This document shows, in pieces, positions 8,752 to 20,874 of a stretch of DNA of 64,000 nucleotides. The position numbers and the translations under genes are program-made. The notes below the pieces were generated by a model. The model did no database searches. It had not been told where the DNA came from and was given only the letters and a program-made list of their open reading frames with translations. Source of the stretch: Clostridia bacterium (lineage in GTDB: Bacteria; Bacillota; Clostridia; Oscillospirales; CAG-272); NCBI GenBank assembly GCA_017452475.1, contig JAFTMJ010000053.1, positions 1,512-65,511 on the forward strand, read 5' to 3'. The first letter of the stretch is position 1. Each line of letters opens with the position of its first letter.

Positions 8752-11700
8752 TGTTATCCTCGCTTATTTCGTCATTCGTTTCGTTTTCGTGTTCAACTTG
8801 CACGTCTTCCTCGTCGCTCTGTGCCACATTCTCAATGCCCTCATCATAAGGCTCCAAGCCGTAGTCCTCGGCATTTTCCATTGGTAGGGCTTCATCATTG
8901 CCTTCGCTTGGAGCAGGCTTGTTTTTTAGCTTTTTTCTATAAATTTTGTCAAGGAAAATCATTGCTACAAACAACGCAATTCCCACAAGGCTTATAGCAG
9001 CACCGGTCCAAAACTGAGTGTGAACATAAACAATTTCAATATCGTGCTTGCCCTCTGTAATGTCAAAGCCCATCATCGAGTCCAATAGCATATATGTGTC
9101 AACCCTCTCACCGTCAACATAAACTATCCAGTTGCTATCATAGGGTATAGTAGTAAATATGGTGCCGTCCTTTGAAGAATTAACGCTTCCCACAAAGCTT
9201 GTATCGGAAAACTCCGTAATTTTCAAGCCGCCCGCCTTAAGTGTGTCGGTTGCGTTCTTTAGCTCCTCATCATTTACCTGCACAAAGTAGTCCTTTGTGT
9301 CCCAAAGATAAATTCTGTAGTGTGAAAAATCAAGATTAACGGTAACGGTTGTGCCTTTTTTGTAGTAGCCTAAGTCAATAATGCGCTTGTTATCATCCTG
9401 GAAGTGGTTGGTTGAAATCGTTTTGCCGTCTACAGTAAGGGTAGCAGCGGTGGTGTATGGGGTGGGCAAATACATATAAATATTGCCGTCATAAGAAGCG
9501 GTAACCTTGAAAAAGAAGCTTCCTACAGAAGCGGAAGGCTCCTTGCGGAAGTCAACACCGCCCTTGTCATCGTAATCAATGTAGCTTAGGTTATCGTCAA
9601 TTGTAATGTACTTGCAGGTTTCAAAAAGGGTAACATCCTTGCCAAGCATACTGCTGTATAGCTGGTTTGCGGTGGCAAATGGGGACTTGTCTCCGTAGAA
9701 GAATTGCTTTTCCTCTAATACCTTTTCCATATTCTTGTCAACCAAGTAAGCAATTGGCAGTGAATAGGGGTTTTCGTAAATTACAAATCCGCCCTTGGTA
9801 GTAATTGAGCCGTAAAGGGAGCTAACGCTGTTAAAGCCCGGCAGCTCACCGTTTGTGTCCTCCTTTTCCATGCCTATAACATATTTAATTCCGAACAGTG
9901 AGTCTGTTACAGGGTTGCCTGAAAGATACTTCATTGTTTGTCCCTGCGCGTTGTAGCCAAGCCTTTCAAGCAGCTTGAAGGAAGCGGCATTGAAGGTGGA
10001 GGTGAATTCGGAAATACCGTTCATATTGCCAAGCAGGTTGTCGTTTGGCTTTCTGAAGAATGTATGCTCGGAACGGTAGAAGGTGGAGTCGAGCTTATAT
10101 AATTCCTCGGAAGCCAAGGTAATCTTGTCCTCATAGGTTCTGTAATTCTCGCGAGAGGCGCAACCGCCGTCCTTCAACTCTCCGTCCCAGTTGATAGCCG
10201 AGTTTGCAAAAGCCTCAACAAAAACAACGACAGCAAGCAAAATATTCATAAGCTTGTATTTTTTTGTGTGTTTTCTCAAAACAAACAGCATAAGATATAC
10301 AAGTATGAACAAAATGGAGAGCCAAACCACGCCGTATTCGGGCTTAACCTCCAGCATTACCCAGCCGCCGTTCATCCACTCATATCTTTTTAGCAAAACA
10401 AGCCTTTGCACAAGAATAACGAGTAAAATAAGCGCGGCGGAAATCTTGCCAAGGCAGGATGTGCTTGCTTCGTCAAGCTCCTCATATCCCCTGTATGCCA
10501 TTACAAGAAGCACAAAGCAAAGCATAAAGCTATATCTGTAGTTAAACCAAATGGGGGCTTGGAAGCCGTGCCAAACAAGGTCAATGGTGTTTACAGAGAA
10601 GCTGACAACAAATACCAGAGCAAGAACAGTATAAAAAATCTTTTCCCTTGGCTTGATTTTCTTTGAAAGATAGAACAGTGGGAGCATAATCAGCATAAGC
10701 GTGCCTGCGTATATGTTTGGCGTGCCCTCACTTCTTACAGTGTCGAAGGAGCCAACAAACATTTTGGCAATGAGCTGAATTACATCAAACCTTAAGTCAG
10801 GGTCAAAGCCGCTGTCCTGGTAGGTGGATTTACCAAAGGACAGGGAGTAGTATGCGGAAAGGATAATTGCTGCCGCCATCATAATGGCGATAAGGGAGAA
10901 CAGGGCAATCCTTACAAAGCTTTTAAGAAGATGCCTGTCCTCGTTTATTAAGTTGTTTTCCTTGTTCGACTTGGACAAAATACAGAAAATAAAGTAAAAT
11001 GCAACAAAGATGCAAAGCATATAGCCGATGTAGTAGTTACTGCAAATGGCTATTGCTAAGGAAATGGTAAACAGCTTAAATTTGCCTTCCTTAACAAGGG
11101 CTTCAATGCCTAATGCAATTAAAGGTAGCCAAATAAGTGCATCCATCCACATAGTGTTAAACTGATATATTGTGGCATAGGTGCAAAGGGCATACATAAC
11201 AGAGAACATAACGAAGCCAAGGGAATTTCTTTTTCTTGTCTTGTTAAGATAGATGCAGAAGGTAAGGGAGGCAAGTCCGCTTTTTAGCGCAAACATAGTC
11301 ATTATTGCCTCTGTAATTGCCGTTTCGGGGAAGATAACAACAAGCCAGGAAAGCGGTGAGGCAAGGTAGTAGGTGAAGTAGCCTAAAAATTCACCGCCCA
11401 AGCTCCTTTCAAAGGTGTAAAACAGGGACTCCTGTCCTGTATAAATATCTCGCAGCTGCTCAAAGAAGTAAACATACTGTCCGTCCATATCGAGGGTGAG
11501 GATTGACAGCTCACCAAATGGGAACATTGACATGCAGGCGTAGGTAATGTATAAAATTACAACAGGAATGCAGAAGGAAAGGTAGTAAAAGTTCTTTTCG
11601 CTAAGACTCCTTACAAATCTGTTCGGTAACGATTTGAAGAACCCAACAGCTCGGTCAAAAAGCTTGCCAAGCCTTGTGGGCTCGCCCTTTATGTTCTCCC

Positions 11701-11791
11701 CGACGATGACAGCCTCGCCGCCTGCGCTTATAGAAGAGTTATGCTCGTTTTGTGGAAAATTATTTTCTAAATTACTCATTTCAATTCTCAC
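8735..11791 (-). CDS. YfhO-family polytopic membrane protein (putative glycosyltransferase), 1018 aa with acidic C-terminal tail
   Basis: More than 10 predicted TM helices followed by a large extracytoplasmic domain, the YfhO architecture. C-terminus is a DE-rich tail after a final TM helix. Confidence 0.8.
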   Translation of the reverse strand: MRIEMSNLENNFPQNEHNSSISAGGEAVIVGENIKGEPTRLGKLFDRAVGFFKSLPNRFVRSLSEKNFYYLSFCIPVVILYITYACMSMFPFGELSILTLDMDGQYVYFFEQLRDIYTGQESLFYTFERSLGGEFLGYFTYYLASPLSWLVVIFPETAITEAIMTMFALKSGLASLTFCIYLNKTRKRNSLGFVMFSVMYALCTYATIYQFNTMWMDALIWLPLIALGIEALVKEGKFKLFTISLAIAICSNYYIGYMLCIFVAFYFIFCILSKSNKENNLINEDRHLLKSFVRIALFSLIAIMMAAAIILSAYYSLSFGKSTYQDSGFDPDLRFDVIQLIAKMFVGSFDTVRSEGTPNIYAGTLMLIMLPLFYLSKKIKPREKIFYTVLALVFVVSFSVNTIDLVWHGFQAPIWFNYRYSFMLCFVLLVMAYRGYEELDEASTSCLGKISAALILLVILVQRLVLLKRYEWMNGGWVMLEVKPEYGVVWLSILFILVYLMLFVLRKHTKKYKLMNILLAVVVFVEAFANSAINWDGELKDGGCASRENYRTYEDKITLASEELYKLDSTFYRSEHTFFRKPNDNLLGNMNGISEFTSTFNAASFKLLERLGYNAQGQTMKYLSGNPVTDSLFGIKYVIGMEKEDTNGELPGFNSVSSLYGSITTKGGFVIYENPYSLPIAYLVDKNMEKVLEEKQFFYGDKSPFATANQLYSSMLGKDVTLFETCKYITIDDNLSYIDYDDKGGVDFRKEPSASVGSFFFKVTASYDGNIYMYLPTPYTTAATLTVDGKTISTNHFQDDNKRIIDLGYYKKGTTVTVNLDFSHYRIYLWDTKDYFVQVNDEELKNATDTLKAGGLKITEFSDTSFVGSVNSSKDGTIFTTIPYDSNWIVYVDGERVDTYMLLDSMMGFDITEGKHDIEIVYVHTQFWTGAAISLVGIALFVAMIFLDKIYRKKLKNKPAPSEGNDEALPMENAEDYGLEPYDEGIENVAQSDEEDVQVEHENETNDEISEDNNDIPS

Positions 11792-11978
11792 TCGGGATAA
11801 TATTTTTTATCATTTTTTCAAGCTTGACTCTTTCAAGGGTCAAGGCGCGGCCACACAAGGTGCAAACAATTTTAATGTCAGAGCCTACACGGCTGACACG
11901 GAAAAGCCTATTCCCACAGGGGTGAGGCTTTTTAAGCTCAAGCGTATCCCCTGCATTAATGGTGGGTATAGTTTTCAT
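11781..11978 (-). CDS. DUF951 family small protein
   Basis: MKTIPTINAGDTLELKKPHPCGNRLFRVSRVGSDIKIVCTLCGRALTLER matches the conserved KKxHPCG...CxxCG pattern of DUF951. The internal MKT start is preferred over the upstream extension. Confidence 0.7.
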   Translation of the reverse strand: MKTIPTINAGDTLELKKPHPCGNRLFRVSRVGSDIKIVCTLCGRALTLERVKLEKMIKNIIPSEN

Positions 11979-12088
11979 AAGCACCTCCAAAATGCAAAAT
12001 TTGCCATAATAATACATCATATATTATACCACGGTAAATGCGCAAAATCAAGTTAATTTAAAATATAAAAAAATTTACAATATAATAT

Positions 12089-12117
12089 TTGACATGCATA
12101 AATAATTGTGCTATAAT
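12089..12117 (+). promoter_or_regulatory. consensus sigma-A promoter for ruvC
   Basis: TTGACA - 17 nt - TGCTATAAT (perfect -35, perfect -10, extended TGn). Confidence 0.6.
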
Positions 12118-12149
12118 ATAATGAATTTGAAGTAAAGGAGGCGTTTCTT

Positions 12150-12647
12150 ATGGTTATTTTAGGTATCGACCCGGGCTTTGCCATTGTTGGCTGGGGCGTG
12201 CTCGAATGTGTGCACGGTAAGTTTCGTGTTATGGGTTACGGCTCTATACAAACCAAGGCGGGCTTGCCAATTGAGGAGCGCCTCAAGCAAATCTATGACG
12301 GCATGAATGTTATTGTTGATAAGTACAAGCCTGAGGTTATGGCAATTGAGGAGCTTTTTTGGAACACTAACCAAAAGACAGGTATTTGCGTTGCGGAGGC
12401 AAGGGGCACAATCCTTTTAGCCGCCCACCAAAAGGGCTTGAAGATATTTGAATATACACCGCTTCAGGTTAAGCAGGCGGTTGTTGGCTACGGCAGGGCA
12501 GAGAAAAAGCAGGTTATAACAATGGTTACCACCCTTCTTAATTTACCGAAGCCCCCAAAGCCCGATGACACGGCGGATGCCTTGGCATTGGCAATTTGCC
12601 ACGGTCACGCAGGCTCAAATGTGCTGAGCAAATATTACAGGATGTAA
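12150..12647 (+). CDS. ruvC: crossover junction endodeoxyribonuclease RuvC
   Basis: ILGIDPGFAIVGWGV, MAIEELFWNTN, catalytic DTADALALAICH. Confidence 0.95.
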   Translation: MVILGIDPGFAIVGWGVLECVHGKFRVMGYGSIQTKAGLPIEERLKQIYDGMNVIVDKYKPEVMAIEELFWNTNQKTGICVAEARGTILLAAHQKGLKIFEYTPLQVKQAVVGYGRAEKKQVITMVTTLLNLPKPPKPDDTADALALAICHGHAGSNVLSKYYRM

Positions 12648-12661
12648 ACGGAGAAAAGAGA

Positions 12662-13540
12662 ATGTATTTAGCTAATAATTGGAAGGACTATGAGCTTTTG
12701 GATACCTCTGACGGCGAAAGGCTGGAAAGATGGGGTAAGTATATTTTAATCCGTCCCGACCCACAGGTTATTTGGAAGGGTAAGCGCGAGCATAAGCTTT
12801 GGCGGGCAGCGCACGGTATTTACAGGCGCTCAAGCAGCGGTGGCGGCGCTTGGATAAAGAATGACGTGCCCGAGAAATGGACAATTAATTACGGCGAGCT
12901 TACCTTTAACCTTAAGCCGATGGGCTTTAAGCATACGGGTCTTTTCCCCGAGCAGGCGGCAAATTGGGATTGGTTTTCCAAGCTTATTGAAAAAAGGAAA
13001 CAAAAGGGCAAGACTGTTAAGGTTTTGAACCTGTTTGCATATACAGGCGGTGCAACCGCCGCAGCGGCTAAGGCAGGGGCAGAGGTTGTCCATGTTGATG
13101 CCTCCAAGGGCATGGTTGCCTGCGCTAAGGAAAATCTTGCATCAAGCGGACTTGGGGATGCACCTGTTAGGTACATTGTTGATGACTGCCGCAAGTTTGT
13201 GGAGAGGGAAATTCGCCGCGGCAATAAGTACGACGGTATTATTATGGACCCGCCTTCATACGGCAGGGGCCCCGGCGGCGAGGTTTGGAAATTAGAGGAC
13301 GCGGTGTGCGACTTTGTTTCCCTTTGCGAAAAGGTGCTGTCCGATGACCCCTTGTTTATGCTTATCAACTCCTATACAACAGGCTTAAGCGCATTGACAA
13401 TGGGCTATGTTTTGGATGTTGAGGTTGTTAAGAAGCATGGCGGCAGGGCAGAAACAGGGGAGCTGGCGTTGCCCGTTACACAAACAAAGAGCTATTTGCC
13501 CTGCGGCGCAAGCGCCCGTTGGGTTGCTAATGAGGAATAA
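12662..13540 (+). CDS. class I SAM-dependent rRNA methyltransferase (RlmI/YwbD-like)
   Basis: Start at MYLANNWKDY preceded by a GGAGAAAAG SD. VLNLFAYTGGATAAAA SAM motif and IIMDPPSYGRGP catalytic motif. The 12596 upstream extension overlaps ruvC and is rejected. Confidence 0.8.
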   Translation: MYLANNWKDYELLDTSDGERLERWGKYILIRPDPQVIWKGKREHKLWRAAHGIYRRSSSGGGAWIKNDVPEKWTINYGELTFNLKPMGFKHTGLFPEQAANWDWFSKLIEKRKQKGKTVKVLNLFAYTGGATAAAAKAGAEVVHVDASKGMVACAKENLASSGLGDAPVRYIVDDCRKFVEREIRRGNKYDGIIMDPPSYGRGPGGEVWKLEDAVCDFVSLCEKVLSDDPLFMLINSYTTGLSALTMGYVLDVEVVKKHGGRAETGELALPVTQTKSYLPCGASARWVANEE

Positions 13541-13542
13541 AT

Positions 13543-14415
13543 ATGTCAAATCCATTGATTAAGTTAGAAAATGTTTGCTTCAAATATCCTAACTCCGACC
13601 TTGAGGAAAACAACTTTGCAGTTAACAATGTTTCCCTTGAGATTATGGAGGGGGAGTTTGTTGCAATCCTCGGTCATAACGGCTCGGGTAAGTCCACAAC
13701 CGCAAAGCTGATCAACTTAATTCTTAATGCGGACAGCGGTAAGATTTATGTAGACGGCAAGGATGTTTGCGAAAAGGAGCTTTCCGACGAGGAGGCTTTT
13801 GAGGTTAGAAAAAAGATAGGTATGGTTTTTCAGAACCCCGACAACCAAATTGTTGCCACAGTGGTTGAGGAGGATGTTGCCTTTGGCCCCGAAAATCTGG
13901 GGCTCCCACCTGCCGAAATAAGAAAAAGGGTGGATGAGGCGCTTTCTATAGTAAATATGAAGGAGTATGCAAGGCACGCTCCCCACAAGCTGTCGGGCGG
14001 TCAAAAGCAGCGCATTGCCATTGCGGGCGTTATCGCAATGAAGCCAAAGTGTATTATTTTTGACGAGTCAACCGCTATGCTTGACCCACAGGGCAGAAAA
14101 GAGGTTATGAACACAATAAAGCGCCTTAACCGTGAGGAGGGGATGACTGTTGTGTTAATCACCCACTATATGAACGAGGCGCAGGAGGCGGACAGGGTGC
14201 TTGTTATGAAAAACGGCTCTGTTTACCTACAGGGCACGCCAAACCAAGTATTTTCCCAGCCTGATAAGCTGTGGAGCGCAGGGCTTGAGGTGCCGCAGAG
14301 TGTTGAGCTTATTGATAAATTAAACAAGGAGCTTTCTTTAAATTTACCGTTGCAGGTATACACCCAAAAGGAGTGCGCAAGGGTAATTATGGAGAAGCTG
14401 ACGGAGAATAAATAA
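13543..14415 (+). CDS. ecfA1: energy-coupling factor transporter ATPase EcfA1
   Basis: Walker A GHNGSGKST, signature LSGGQKQR, Walker B IIFDEST; position upstream of ecfA2-ecfT-truA. Confidence 0.9.
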   Translation: MSNPLIKLENVCFKYPNSDLEENNFAVNNVSLEIMEGEFVAILGHNGSGKSTTAKLINLILNADSGKIYVDGKDVCEKELSDEEAFEVRKKIGMVFQNPDNQIVATVVEEDVAFGPENLGLPPAEIRKRVDEALSIVNMKEYARHAPHKLSGGQKQRIAIAGVIAMKPKCIIFDESTAMLDPQGRKEVMNTIKRLNREEGMTVVLITHYMNEAQEADRVLVMKNGSVYLQGTPNQVFSQPDKLWSAGLEVPQSVELIDKLNKELSLNLPLQVYTQKECARVIMEKLTENK

Positions 14416-14418
14416 GGA

Positions 14419-15285
14419 ATGTCAATAGTTGAATTAAAGGATATTAACTTCATTTATGGCAAAAAAACCCCATACGAAATAAAGGCGCTTGATGATATAA
14501 ATTTAGCGATTGAGGAAAACTGTATAACGGGTATCATTGGACACACAGGCTCTGGAAAATCCACGCTTATACAGCTTTTGAACGGTCTTGCAAAACCAAG
14601 CAGCGGGGTTGTTTATATAGACGGCAAAAATATTTGGGAAAAGCCTAAGGAAATCAAAAAAGTAAGGTTCCTTGTGGGTATGGTTATGCAATACCCCGAG
14701 TATCAGCTTTTTGCGGATACGGTTAAGGAGGATATTGCCTTCGGTCCTAAAAATATGGGTCTTGACGAAAAGGAAATTGAGGAAAGAATTAAAAAGAGTA
14801 TAGAGTTTTGCGGTCTTAATAAGGATATTCTTGAAAAATCCCCCTTTGATTTGTCAGGCGGACAAAAAAGGCGTGTTGCCTTGGCAGGAGTAATGGCAAT
14901 GAACCCGAAAATTCTTGTTCTTGATGAGCCTGCGGCAGGCCTTGACCCAAAGGGCAGGCGCGAAATCCTTGGCGGAATTAAGGAGTACCAAAGGCAAAGC
15001 GGCACAAGCGTTATTATTGTCAGCCACAGTATGGAGGATATGGCAATGTACTGCGACAGGGCAATTGTTATGCGCCACGGCAAAATTGTTACCCACGGCA
15101 CCTGTGCCGATGTTTTTTCACAGCACAAGCTTTTGCTTGACGTGGGCTTGGATGTGCCGGAAATTACGGGAATTATACTTGAATTAAGGGCTATGGGCAC
15201 TGAAATTCCCGAAAATATATATACCGTTGACGGTGCTGTGGAAGCCATAAAGCATCTTTACCTGTCAAAAGAGAGGGGTGTATGA
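14419..15285 (+). CDS. ecfA2: energy-coupling factor transporter ATPase EcfA2
   Basis: Walker A GHTGSGKST, signature LSGGQKRR, Walker B LVLDEPAAGLD. Confidence 0.9.
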   Translation: MSIVELKDINFIYGKKTPYEIKALDDINLAIEENCITGIIGHTGSGKSTLIQLLNGLAKPSSGVVYIDGKNIWEKPKEIKKVRFLVGMVMQYPEYQLFADTVKEDIAFGPKNMGLDEKEIEERIKKSIEFCGLNKDILEKSPFDLSGGQKRRVALAGVMAMNPKILVLDEPAAGLDPKGRREILGGIKEYQRQSGTSVIIVSHSMEDMAMYCDRAIVMRHGKIVTHGTCADVFSQHKLLLDVGLDVPEITGIILELRAMGTEIPENIYTVDGAVEAIKHLYLSKERGV

Positions 15286-16120
15286 TATGGAAGCATCCTT
15301 TGGTGTATATTATGAAAAGGATACGGTAATTCACAGGCTTGACCCAAGGACAAAGCTGCTGTTTATGATTGCGTTTATAGTATGCATCTTTGTTGCCTCA
15401 GATATTTATGCCTATATAATGTTAATCGGCATAACGGTTGCATCTATATTATTTAGTAGAGTACCAATACTTATGGTGCTAAAGGGGCTAAAGCCAATAT
15501 TCATTATCGTAATCTTTACAACAATTTTGAACCTGTTCTGGACAGACGGCACAACAGTGCTTGCCACTTGGAACGTTATACCTGATTTTTGGACAATCAC
15601 AATTTATAAGGAAAGCCTGATAAGGGCGGGAATATTAGCTCTAAGAATTATAATTCTTATGGCTTGCACAAGCCTATACTTTTCCTATACAACAACTCCT
15701 ATTGAGTTAACAGACGGAATTGAAACGGGCTTGGGATTCCTAAAGAAAATAAAAATACCCATCCACGAGTTCGCAATGATGATGACCATTGCCTTGAGGT
15801 TCATTCCAACCCTTGTTGATGAAACAACAAAGATTATGAACGCACAAAAGGCAAGGGGCGCGGACTTTTCAAGCGGGGGCTTGATAAAGCGCGCAAAAGC
15901 ATTAATTCCAATCATAATCCCTCTGTTCGTTTCCGCCTTCCGTAGGGCAGATGAGCTGGCAACGGCTATGGAATGTCGCTGCTACCACGGCGGCAAGGGC
16001 AGGACAAGGATGCGCGCCCTAAAGATGAAGGCAAGGGATTATATATTCTTGCTTCTAACAGGCGCTATGATTGCAGGCGTTATTTTGCTTAACATCTACG
16101 CAACAGGATATAAGGTTTGA
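15278..16120 (+). CDS. ecfT: energy-coupling factor transporter transmembrane component EcfT
   Basis: CbiQ-like polytopic protein (HRLDPRTKL, ARGADF, RRADELATAME); overlaps the ecfA2 stop. Confidence 0.9.
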   Translation: MYDMEASFGVYYEKDTVIHRLDPRTKLLFMIAFIVCIFVASDIYAYIMLIGITVASILFSRVPILMVLKGLKPIFIIVIFTTILNLFWTDGTTVLATWNVIPDFWTITIYKESLIRAGILALRIIILMACTSLYFSYTTTPIELTDGIETGLGFLKKIKIPIHEFAMMMTIALRFIPTLVDETTKIMNAQKARGADFSSGGLIKRAKALIPIIIPLFVSAFRRADELATAMECRCYHGGKGRTRMRALKMKARDYIFLLLTGAMIAGVILLNIYATGYKV

Positions 16121-16122
16121 TT

Positions 16123-16887
16123 ATGAGAAAAGTATTATTAACCGTTTCCTATAACGGCAGGGCATACCACGGATATCAGCTTCAGGATGAGCTGCCAACG
16201 GTTTCATTAATGCTAAACCGTGCCGCCCGCGAGGCGTTTGGCTTTGAATGTAATGTTACAGGCTGCAGCAGGACAGATGCAGGGGTACACGCCCTTGGCT
16301 TTTGTGCAACCGTTGAACCGAAAAGCAGCGGAGATGAAATCACCGTTCCTATTGATAAGGTGCCAATTGCAATGAATATTAAGCTTCCACCGGACATTGC
16401 GGTGCTTTCCGCCAAGGAGGTGGAGGAAAGCTTTCACCCGCGGTACGATGTGGTTAAGAAGGAATATGTTTATAAAATCCATGCAAGCCGCATTAAAAAC
16501 CCATTTTATGAGGGGCTTGCTTTAGAATACGGCAGGGAAATCTCCGATGAGGGGGTTTTGAAAATGGATAAGGCAGCAAAGCATTTTATAGGAACGCATA
16601 GGTTTGATGCCTTTATGGCACAGGGCTCCCAAATTGAGGACACGGAGAGGACCGTTTTTGATGCTAAGGTTATAAGAAACGGCGACCTTGTGGAGTTTAC
16701 GGTTAGTGCTGACGGATTTCTTTACAATATGGTCAGAATAATGGTGGGAACTCTTTTGCGTGTTGAGTGCGGCAAGCTGAAGCCCGAGGAAATTCCTTCC
16801 ATAATTGAGTCAAGAAACAGAGAAAATGCAGGCTTTACAGCAAAGCCTGACGGACTATATTTAAACAAAATATTTTATTATTCTTGA
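16123..16887 (+). CDS. truA: tRNA pseudouridine(38-40) synthase TruA
   Basis: YNGRAYHGYQLQ, catalytic GCSRTDAGVHA, FLYNMVRIMVG. ATG at 16123 preferred over TTG at 16117. Confidence 0.95.
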   Translation: MRKVLLTVSYNGRAYHGYQLQDELPTVSLMLNRAAREAFGFECNVTGCSRTDAGVHALGFCATVEPKSSGDEITVPIDKVPIAMNIKLPPDIAVLSAKEVEESFHPRYDVVKKEYVYKIHASRIKNPFYEGLALEYGREISDEGVLKMDKAAKHFIGTHRFDAFMAQGSQIEDTERTVFDAKVIRNGDLVEFTVSADGFLYNMVRIMVGTLLRVECGKLKPEEIPSIIESRNRENAGFTAKPDGLYLNKIFYYS

Positions 16888-16945
16888 CAAATGCCTAAAA
16901 ACAGTATATAATATATGCGGAAAACTGATGCAAGGAGGTTACAAT

Positions 16946-17671
16946 TTGGTTTTAAGCTTAGTTTTTGATATTTCAATTGCAGTCATCTGCTTAATTATAA
17001 TTTTGCGAAACGCTATTAAAGGCTTTATTAAGTCGTTTATTTCCCTTATGAAGTCTGTTTTGGCAGTTTTCTTAGCGTACTTATTTAACGGTCCCTTGGC
17101 GCGGGCGCTTAGCGATTGGTTCTTTAATGACCTTTCGGTAGGTTGGGTTAAGGATTTGATGGTTTCCACTCAAAAGGAGGGTGGCTATGCCCTATATGAA
17201 ATCTTTGACGGTATTCCCGATTGGTTTACAAAGGTTAGCATTAGCCAAGGTATTGAGGAAAGCACAGTTCAGCATTATTTCGTTGAGAGCAACTTAGCTC
17301 CTATTGAAATAGTCGATGAGCTGTCAGCTCTATTGGGTAATGCACTTTCAATGCTTATTTCAACAGTAATTGCCTTCTTGGTTATATTTATTGCTATAGA
17401 GCTTGTCTTAATAGGCGTTGGCGCACTTCTTAACAAGCTGGGCAAAATCCCTGTTTGGAGAGTTGTAAATATTATTCTCGGTGCCTTAATCGGTGCAATC
17501 ATTTCTGCGGTAATTGCTTGGCTCATTTCATTTGTAATTGTGTTTATCTTTGAATTTGGTGCAAACTATTATCCGGATACATTCAATACAGAAGTAATCA
17601 CAAACACAGTAATCGTTGAATTTTTCAAGGACCACAATCTGTTTACCATAGTAAGGGATTGGTTTATCTAA
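16946..17671 (+). CDS. CvpA-family membrane protein (paralog 1)
   Basis: Four or five TM helices and an N-terminal D-x-x-I...G-x-x-KGF pattern typical of CvpA. TTG start 7 nt after AAGGAGG is preferred to ATG 16928. Confidence 0.6.
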   Translation: MVLSLVFDISIAVICLIIILRNAIKGFIKSFISLMKSVLAVFLAYLFNGPLARALSDWFFNDLSVGWVKDLMVSTQKEGGYALYEIFDGIPDWFTKVSISQGIEESTVQHYFVESNLAPIEIVDELSALLGNALSMLISTVIAFLVIFIAIELVLIGVGALLNKLGKIPVWRVVNIILGALIGAIISAVIAWLISFVIVFIFEFGANYYPDTFNTEVITNTVIVEFFKDHNLFTIVRDWFI

Positions 17672-17742
17672 AATATTAGGGGCTGTTTATGTGATTGATA
17701 TTCAGCCCCTTAACAATTATTTCAAGGGAAAGGAGCATGGTA

Positions 17743-18432
17743 ATGACAGCGAGTATTATAATTGATATAGTTCTTGGCGTTTTAACACTGTTGGCAGTGC
17801 TGAAGTTTACTATAACAGGCTTTACTAAAAGCATACTCAACACACTTAAGCCATTAGTTGCAATTGTGTTAGCTATCATAATCAGAATTCCTGTTGCCCA
17901 GCTTTTTGACTCTTGGTTTATGCATGACAGTATCGTTGGTTGGGTTAAGCAATCCTTGGCGGATTCCTTAGCCGGTAATGATTCTTTTATTAATTTCGTT
18001 GATTTGTACAACACAACGCCTGGCTTCTTTAACACTGTGCTTTCTTGGTTTGGCTTGGGTGATGTTTCTGCCCTCGGCACCTTGGAGGCCTCTGATACAG
18101 AGGCAATCAATAGTCTGTCACAGGAGATAGGCTCTGCCATTTCAATGATGCTATCTACGGTGTTGGCTATTATTGTCTTGTTTATTGTCATTATAATTCT
18201 GCTTACAATATTAATAAAACTTGTTGGCTGCTTGACAAAAATTGCGCTGATTAATTTTATCGACAAAATATTGGGCTTTGTGCTCGGATTGGCAATAGCA
18301 GTGTTGTTTATATGGGCTGTATCGTATATAATGGATTTTGTAATAAGCTTGACCGACGGGTTTGGCGGTAGCTTCACCCTTGAGGATGTGAATAATTCAA
18401 TGATAATCGGAATAGTAAGATATATTTTATAG
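17743..18432 (+). CDS. CvpA-family membrane protein (paralog 2)
   Basis: Aligns with the upstream paralog (IIDIVLGVL...ITGFTKS..., SIVGWVK versus SVGWVK). Start MTAS follows an AAAGGAG SD. Confidence 0.6.
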   Translation: MTASIIIDIVLGVLTLLAVLKFTITGFTKSILNTLKPLVAIVLAIIIRIPVAQLFDSWFMHDSIVGWVKQSLADSLAGNDSFINFVDLYNTTPGFFNTVLSWFGLGDVSALGTLEASDTEAINSLSQEIGSAISMMLSTVLAIIVLFIVIIILLTILIKLVGCLTKIALINFIDKILGFVLGLAIAVLFIWAVSYIMDFVISLTDGFGGSFTLEDVNNSMIIGIVRYIL

Positions 18433-18452
18433 CATATAGAGGAAAAAACATT

Positions 18453-20725
<2,273 letters not shown>

Positions 20726-20726
<1 letters not shown>

Positions 20727-20769
20727 AAAAACAGGTGTATTCCGCATTTTGCGAAATACACCTGTTTTT
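20726..20769 (+). terminator. intrinsic terminator after clp gene
   Basis: ACAGGTGTATT...AATACACCTGT stem followed by TTTTT. Confidence 0.7.
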
Positions 20770-20815
20770 ATGTAGCCTTATCTTAAAATTTTTAAGTGAA
20801 ATGCAAAGAAAAAAC

Positions 20816-20844
20816 TTGAATTTGATACGCGTGTGTGCTATGAT
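20816..20844 (+). promoter_or_regulatory. sigma-A type promoter
   Basis: TTGAAT - 17 nt - TGCTATGAT. Confidence 0.45.
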
Positions 20845-20874
20845 ATAATAAATAAATATTTCGTGGAGGCTGAA

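Noticed and set aside
12596-12661. N-terminal extension of the methyltransferase ORF overlapping ruvC
   Set aside because: It overlaps the ruvC 3' end in another frame. A proper SD precedes the internal ATG at 12662, and the conserved sequence begins there.
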